Source: an uncultured virus (IMG/VR IMGVR_UViG_3300024493_000316) (taxonomy: Duplodnaviria > Heunggongvirae > Uroviricota > Caudoviricetes). Taken from it: a DNA stretch of 20,000 nucleotides. A program made the translations under genes and the position numbers. The stretch is taken from IMG/VR virus record IMGVR_UViG_3300024493_000316. One strand, 5' to 3'. Under the pieces are notes generated by a model. That model was not told the DNA's origin, made no database searches, and saw only the letters and a program-made list of their open reading frames with translations. How positions within the stretch are numbered: position 1 is the stretch's first letter; each line of letters begins with the position of its first letter. Positions 16,325-20,000 of the stretch are shown here, piece by piece.

Positions 16325-16530
16325 GGAACATATCTTGCTATGCGGACTTGCTGGTCGAGTTCAACAAACTTATCGAAAAGAACCCAGACGCCGTAAATAT
16401 GGAGCTGGTTATCGCGCGTAGGCGCGAGGACGGAACGGAGGAGGTCTTTTACGCAGTCCAGCCAAGAATAGTAGAGATACGCTGCCCTAACAAGGATTGC
16501 GGCCAGAAACATTTGTGCGTTGCGATATAG
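16321..16530 (+). CDS. Hypothetical protein (69 aa) with C-terminal CPxxxC motif
   Basis: AAGGAGG RBS before ATG 16321. Confidence 0.65.
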   Translation: MRNISCYADLLVEFNKLIEKNPDAVNMELVIARRREDGTEEVFYAVQPRIVEIRCPNKDCGQKHLCVAI

Positions 16531-16545
16531 CGAGGGAGCGAAACT

Positions 16546-16950
16546 ATGGACTTTTCAATCGAAATCGCGCAGGGCAAGCTCCCCAAAATACTGAACGGAC
16601 AAAGCGCCAATACTCTATACTGGCTGATCGAGTATCCCAAGCGCAACCCTATTGACGCAGAAACTATGGGGAGCAACTATACCCACCTAGCATACCCGCA
16701 CGACCATGACGACTTTTCGCGGTGCTACATGGCCTATAAGCACTTCGGCTGGACGGACTTGGACTTGGCCGCCGGCTACAACCGCCTATTCGCGCTTGGG
16801 ATCGAGGAGGGCGTTCTGAAGCACAAGCTCGCCGCGCTCCTCCGCAACTTTCGGGAGCTGGTGTTCCAATATGAGAAATGCTCCTCCTATCAAGAGTTCA
16901 CAAAGTTTCTGCAAAGCACGCTGGAGGCGGGGTATGTCAAAAATCTATGA
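16546..16950 (+). CDS. Hypothetical phage protein
   Basis: GGGAG RBS; PHDHDDFSRC motif. Confidence 0.7.
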   Translation: MDFSIEIAQGKLPKILNGQSANTLYWLIEYPKRNPIDAETMGSNYTHLAYPHDHDDFSRCYMAYKHFGWTDLDLAAGYNRLFALGIEEGVLKHKLAALLRNFRELVFQYEKCSSYQEFTKFLQSTLEAGYVKNL

Positions 16951-17218
16951 GGCTATCAGCCCCAAAATTGACATCGACACGGGCTATCTCCAAGAAAGGC
17001 TCTATAAAGCCCTTGAGAACATAGTCAAGTCGCAGGATAAGGCGGTTCTCGATTTTATTATATATATCATCAAGGAGCGCGGCGTGTTCTGGCGCGAAAA
17101 AATGTATATCCACTACTCCCCAATTTTGAAACAGGTCGTCCTAAACTACACGGACGGCGCTTATAATAGGACACAAGTCATAGAAAACAAAATAAATCTG
17201 ATTATAGAGCATAAATAG
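16934..17218 (+). CDS. Hypothetical protein (94 aa)
   Basis: GGAGG RBS before ATG 16934. Confidence 0.6.
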   Translation: MSKIYEAISPKIDIDTGYLQERLYKALENIVKSQDKAVLDFIIYIIKERGVFWREKMYIHYSPILKQVVLNYTDGAYNRTQVIENKINLIIEHK

Positions 17219-17219
17219 G

Positions 17220-17250
17220 TTGTAAAAAATGCACGAGGGTCGTATATAAA
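17220..17250 (+). promoter_or_regulatory. Putative integrase-module promoter with operator
   Basis: TTGTAA-17 bp-TATATA; operator ATGCACGA-GGG-TCGTATAT at 17229-17247. Confidence 0.65.
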
Positions 17251-17529
17251 ATGTTGGCGATCGAAAAAAGATTCGAGGAGTTGGCGGCGCGGCGAGGCCG
17301 GACGCTATCGTCCTCGGAGATGTGGGAGGCAGTCCGGAACTTCACGGACTTCCTTACTGCCGCCGCCGACTTGAAAAAGGAAGTTGAAAATGAAAGCCGT
17401 CATTCTGGCGAGGATAAGCTCCGACAAGCAAGACAAAGAATACTCCAAGCAAGCGCAGGTTTCACACCTTTCAGAATATGCGAACCGGAAATCCCTGCCG
17501 CTAATCAGAGAGCCGTTTGTAATTATTGA
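17251..17529 (+). CDS. Small protein upstream of and overlapping the serine integrase
   Basis: RFEELAARRGRTLSSSEMWEAVRNFTDFL resembles small helical ORFs recalled upstream of serine recombinases; overlaps the integrase by 140 nt. Confidence 0.55.
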   Translation: MLAIEKRFEELAARRGRTLSSSEMWEAVRNFTDFLTAAADLKKEVENESRHSGEDKLRQARQRILQASAGFTPFRICEPEIPAANQRAVCNY

Positions 17530-18889
17530 GTCTTCCACAGTAGGCGACCGCAAAAAGTTCATGGAGTGCATAGACTTCTGCGTAGCCAACGGCTGCGCGG
17601 TCATCATCGACACCATCGACCGCGCGCAACGCTCTTTTACGGAAATCCCTCTGCTGGAGCGACTTCGGCGCGAGGGCAAGCTGGAAATGCACTTCGTCCG
17701 CGAGAACTTGGTAATCAACAAGGACACGAGCGGCACAGACATAATCATGTGGCACCAAGGCGTGCTTATGGCGGAAGCCTACAGCCTGCATTTCAAGGAA
17801 AATGTCGCGCGCTCGGTCGCGGGAAAGATTGCCAAGGGCGAATACCCTGGCCGCGCGCCGATAGGCTATATGAACGTCCGGACGCTCGATAACCGGAGCG
17901 ACATAGTGCCAGACCCGGAGCGCGCGCCCCTAGTGCGTATGCTGTTCGAGGAGTATGCCAAGGGCAGCTCGTCGCTCAAGGAGCTTGTGCGGCTCGCCGA
18001 CGACTGGGGGTTGCGCGTGAAGCCCGACAGGAGATCCAACGGCGAAATAAAGCTCCGGGAAAGCTATATCCACGCCCTCCTGCAGAGTCCGTTTTATTAC
18101 GGGCTGGCAAAGTGGGGAAACTACACTTTCGAACACCGCTACGAGAGGCTCATACCCAAAACCCTCTGGGATAGCGTCCAAGACGCGCTACATGGCCGCT
18201 CAAACAATAACAGCGGCAAGCGCGGCGTAAAGGACTTCCTGTATCGCGGCCTTATCCGCGACCACTATACAGGCCGGATAATCTCGACCGAGCGCAAAAA
18301 GGACAAATACAACTACCTCATGCCGTGGACGGCGGACGGAGGGCATAAGTCCGTCAACGAGGACGTCGTGTCCGGCCAGATCGCGCGGATACTGGCGACG
18401 CTCACGATCCCACGGGAGGCCGTGGACGAGGTTATAGGCTATATGAAGCAAACAAAGGACACCGAGCTTATCTACCACCAGCGGGCGGTCAAGGAGTTCC
18501 AGCGCGACCTTGCCACGAACGAGAAGCGCAAGGCGCAGCTCCTTACCATGCGGCTCGACAACGAGATCGACAAGCAGATGTTTGACGCCAAGGACACGGA
18601 GCTTAAAAACGAGGCTCTGGAGCTTCGGAACAAGATTGCCCTGCACCAGCAGTCCAACGAAAAGGTGGACGATACGATCGTCGCCGTGTTCGAGGCCTGC
18701 TCCGAGGTAGAGGAAAACTTTCTCAAAAGTTCGGAAGCGGCCTCAAAAAGGGCTATCGTCAAGACCATCTTCCGAACTCTCGAATTAAAGGACGGGAACC
18801 TAGGTTATAGCTTGCGTTTCCCGTTCTCCGAAATGCAGAATTTGGGTCAAAATGAAACTTGGCGCGCCCGAGAGGATTCGAACCTCTGA
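17390..18889 (+). CDS. Large serine recombinase (integrase)
   Basis: ATG at 17390; MKAVILARISSDKQ (catalytic Ser), IDRAQRS, APIGYMN, LLQSPFYYG, coiled coil; 499 aa. Confidence 0.95.
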   Translation: MKAVILARISSDKQDKEYSKQAQVSHLSEYANRKSLPLIREPFVIIESSTVGDRKKFMECIDFCVANGCAVIIDTIDRAQRSFTEIPLLERLRREGKLEMHFVRENLVINKDTSGTDIIMWHQGVLMAEAYSLHFKENVARSVAGKIAKGEYPGRAPIGYMNVRTLDNRSDIVPDPERAPLVRMLFEEYAKGSSSLKELVRLADDWGLRVKPDRRSNGEIKLRESYIHALLQSPFYYGLAKWGNYTFEHRYERLIPKTLWDSVQDALHGRSNNNSGKRGVKDFLYRGLIRDHYTGRIISTERKKDKYNYLMPWTADGGHKSVNEDVVSGQIARILATLTIPREAVDEVIGYMKQTKDTELIYHQRAVKEFQRDLATNEKRKAQLLTMRLDNEIDKQMFDAKDTELKNEALELRNKIALHQQSNEKVDDTIVAVFEACSEVEENFLKSSEAASKRAIVKTIFRTLELKDGNLGYSLRFPFSEMQNLGQNETWRAREDSNL

Positions 18890-18936
18890 CACCGAGATTA
18901 GAAATCTCGTACTCTATCCAGCTGAGCTACGGGCGC
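18860..18936 (-). tRNA. tRNA-Arg(TCT)
   Basis: GCGCCCGTAGCTCAGCTGGATAGAGTACGAGATTTCTAATCTCGGTGTCAGAGGTTCGAATCCTCTCGGGCGCGCCA: 77 nt cloverleaf, anticodon stem CGAGA/TCTCG, loop TT-TCT-AA, GTTCGAATC T-loop, encoded CCA. Confidence 0.98.
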
Positions 18937-18951
18937 ACTGAAACAGAGGCT

Positions 18952-18980
18952 ATTCTAGCCTCGAAAACCCGAAAAATCAA
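18952..18980 (-). promoter_or_regulatory. tRNA promoter
   Basis: TTGATT-17 bp-TAGAAT, 15 nt upstream of the tRNA. Confidence 0.65.
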
Positions 18981-19195
18981 TCATAGTTTTATCGCCCGCG
19001 AAGGCTTATACAAGAGCTGGTTGCCGCTAGACATCCAAATCCAATATGCTATACTTTATAGCGCTGAATCCCAGGGAAATCCTGGGATTTTCAGCATTTT
19101 CCAAAAACAAAAAACCCGATTCGTCCTTAATTTCCAAGCGGAAAAAACGATTTTTCGATTCGCCCGATTCGCGAAAAGACGGCCCTATTTCTACT

Positions 19196-19333
19196 CTACT
19201 TCTTACCCAACTTGCACTTGGCGGCGACCGACAGCGCTATGGCGACGGCCTGCTTTTGCGGCTTGCCTTCCCTTATGGCTGTCTTGATGTTCTTCCTCAC
19301 GGCCTCGCGCGAGCAACCTTGTTTGAGCGGCAT
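19196..19333 (-). CDS. Small basic protein (45 aa; MPLK.G...KPQKQAVAIALS family; not in the ORF track)
   Basis: MPLKQGCSREAVRKNIKTAIREGKPQKQAVAIALSVAAKCKLGKK; GGGAGG RBS; extended -10 TGCTATAAT at 19363-19355. Confidence 0.8.
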   Translation of the reverse strand: MPLKQGCSREAVRKNIKTAIREGKPQKQAVAIALSVAAKCKLGKK

Positions 19334-19403
19334 GGCGTTTCCTCCCTCGCTCCGATTATAGCATATCCGCCATTTTCCGGGAACAGGAGGAAATGCCCCC
19401 GCG

Positions 19404-20000
19404 TCAGAACCAATACATGACGGCGGCGGAGGCCTCCATTTCCCGCGGAGCGCCCAGGCCTTCCCGGTCCATGCTCCAGAAGGAAAACCTCAACGAGAAC
19501 CTCCCCATATGATACAGCGCGCCGCCACCGAAGCCGGCGCCCACTCCCTCCGAATGGGCCTTCCAAGAGCCCGCGGCGCCGAGGGCCCCGACGGATTCGG
19601 CGGAGATGTCCGTGAAGACCGTCGCGACCCTGAATCCCGCGAAGATTTCGATATTGGAATCCCTGTAGAGATACCCGAGGGCGTCGAGGCCGACGGAGGC
19701 CGCCCTGTACTTCGCGGCCGCGCCGGACACGGGGAACGACTGCTTTAGGAACAACTCCAGCCCGTACGATTCAAAATTGAGGCCCGAGAAAAGATGGTAC
19801 GAGGCCGCCCTCTTCGGCAGGTCGGACGGGCCGAGGGCCAATATGGCCGTGTCGCTCTCGAGCTCGAATTCGCTCCAGCCCAGCATGGAGTATCCGGCCG
19901 AGGCGCCGGCGTATGGACGCACGCGGACGGCCGCCCCGAGCGGCGCGGCGAGCAAAACGGCCGACGACAATACGGAAAATATTACCCTCATGCGGACCAT
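19404..20000 (-). CDS. Outer-membrane beta-barrel protein (probable host gene)
   Basis: Signal peptide, RPYAGASAGY first strand, alternating amphipathic strands, terminal YWF; visibly more GC-rich than the prophage; start may be 19991 or 20000. Confidence 0.75.
   Translation of the reverse strand: MVRMRVIFSVLSSAVLLAAPLGAAVRVRPYAGASAGYSMLGWSEFELESDTAILALGPSDLPKRAASYHLFSGLNFESYGLELFLKQSFPVSGAAAKYRAASVGLDALGYLYRDSNIEIFAGFRVATVFTDISAESVGALGAAGSWKAHSEGVGAGFGGGALYHMGRFSLRFSFWSMDREGLGAPREMEASAAVMYWF

Larger units (their letters stand above)
1..18889. mobile_element. Prophage (early/immunity/integration arm) integrated at tRNA-Arg(TCT); continues beyond the left edge
   Basis: Lambdoid gene order (replication initiator, cro/repressor pair with operators, RecT-YqaJ, helicase, methyltransferases, many small coupled ORFs), ending in a large serine recombinase that overlaps a tRNA 3' end. 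Confidence 0.93.

Noticed and set aside
18859..19287. ORF starting MARPRGFEPLT (142 aa)
   Set aside because: Typical translation artefact of a tRNA antisense strand; no RBS.
1..20000. CRISPR array, retron/reverse transcriptase, DGR or IS element
   Set aside because: No regular repeat-spacer array, YxDD reverse transcriptase motif or transposase was recognised by eye.

Overview
Bases 1 to about 18,890 are one arm of a lambdoid-organised prophage. A GapR/DUF2312 gene suggests an alphaproteobacterial host. The prophage is integrated at the 3' end of a tRNA-Arg(TCT) gene (18860-18936, minus strand), and about 1 kb of probable host DNA follows it. A leftward operon carries cro-like, gapR, C5 methyltransferase, DUF968-like and replication initiator genes. 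Next come an XRE repressor and a two-lipoprotein accessory operon. A long rightward early operon carries RecT, YqaJ exonuclease, an SF2 helicase, a NinB-like gene, a DUF4942-type amino-methyltransferase, a stand-alone HTH, RtcB, an R-S-E ADP-ribosyltransferase-like gene, a MazG-like gene and many small ORFs. It ends in a large serine integrase whose last 9 codons and stop are encoded by the antisense strand of the tRNA. Seven copies of a 19-bp palindrome (ATRYACGA-N3-TCGTDYAT) sit on or next to five predicted promoters. The most notable items are the coupled rtcB-ART-MazG cassette, the integrase/tRNA overlap and the extended operator network. All family assignments come from motif recognition by eye; no searches were run.
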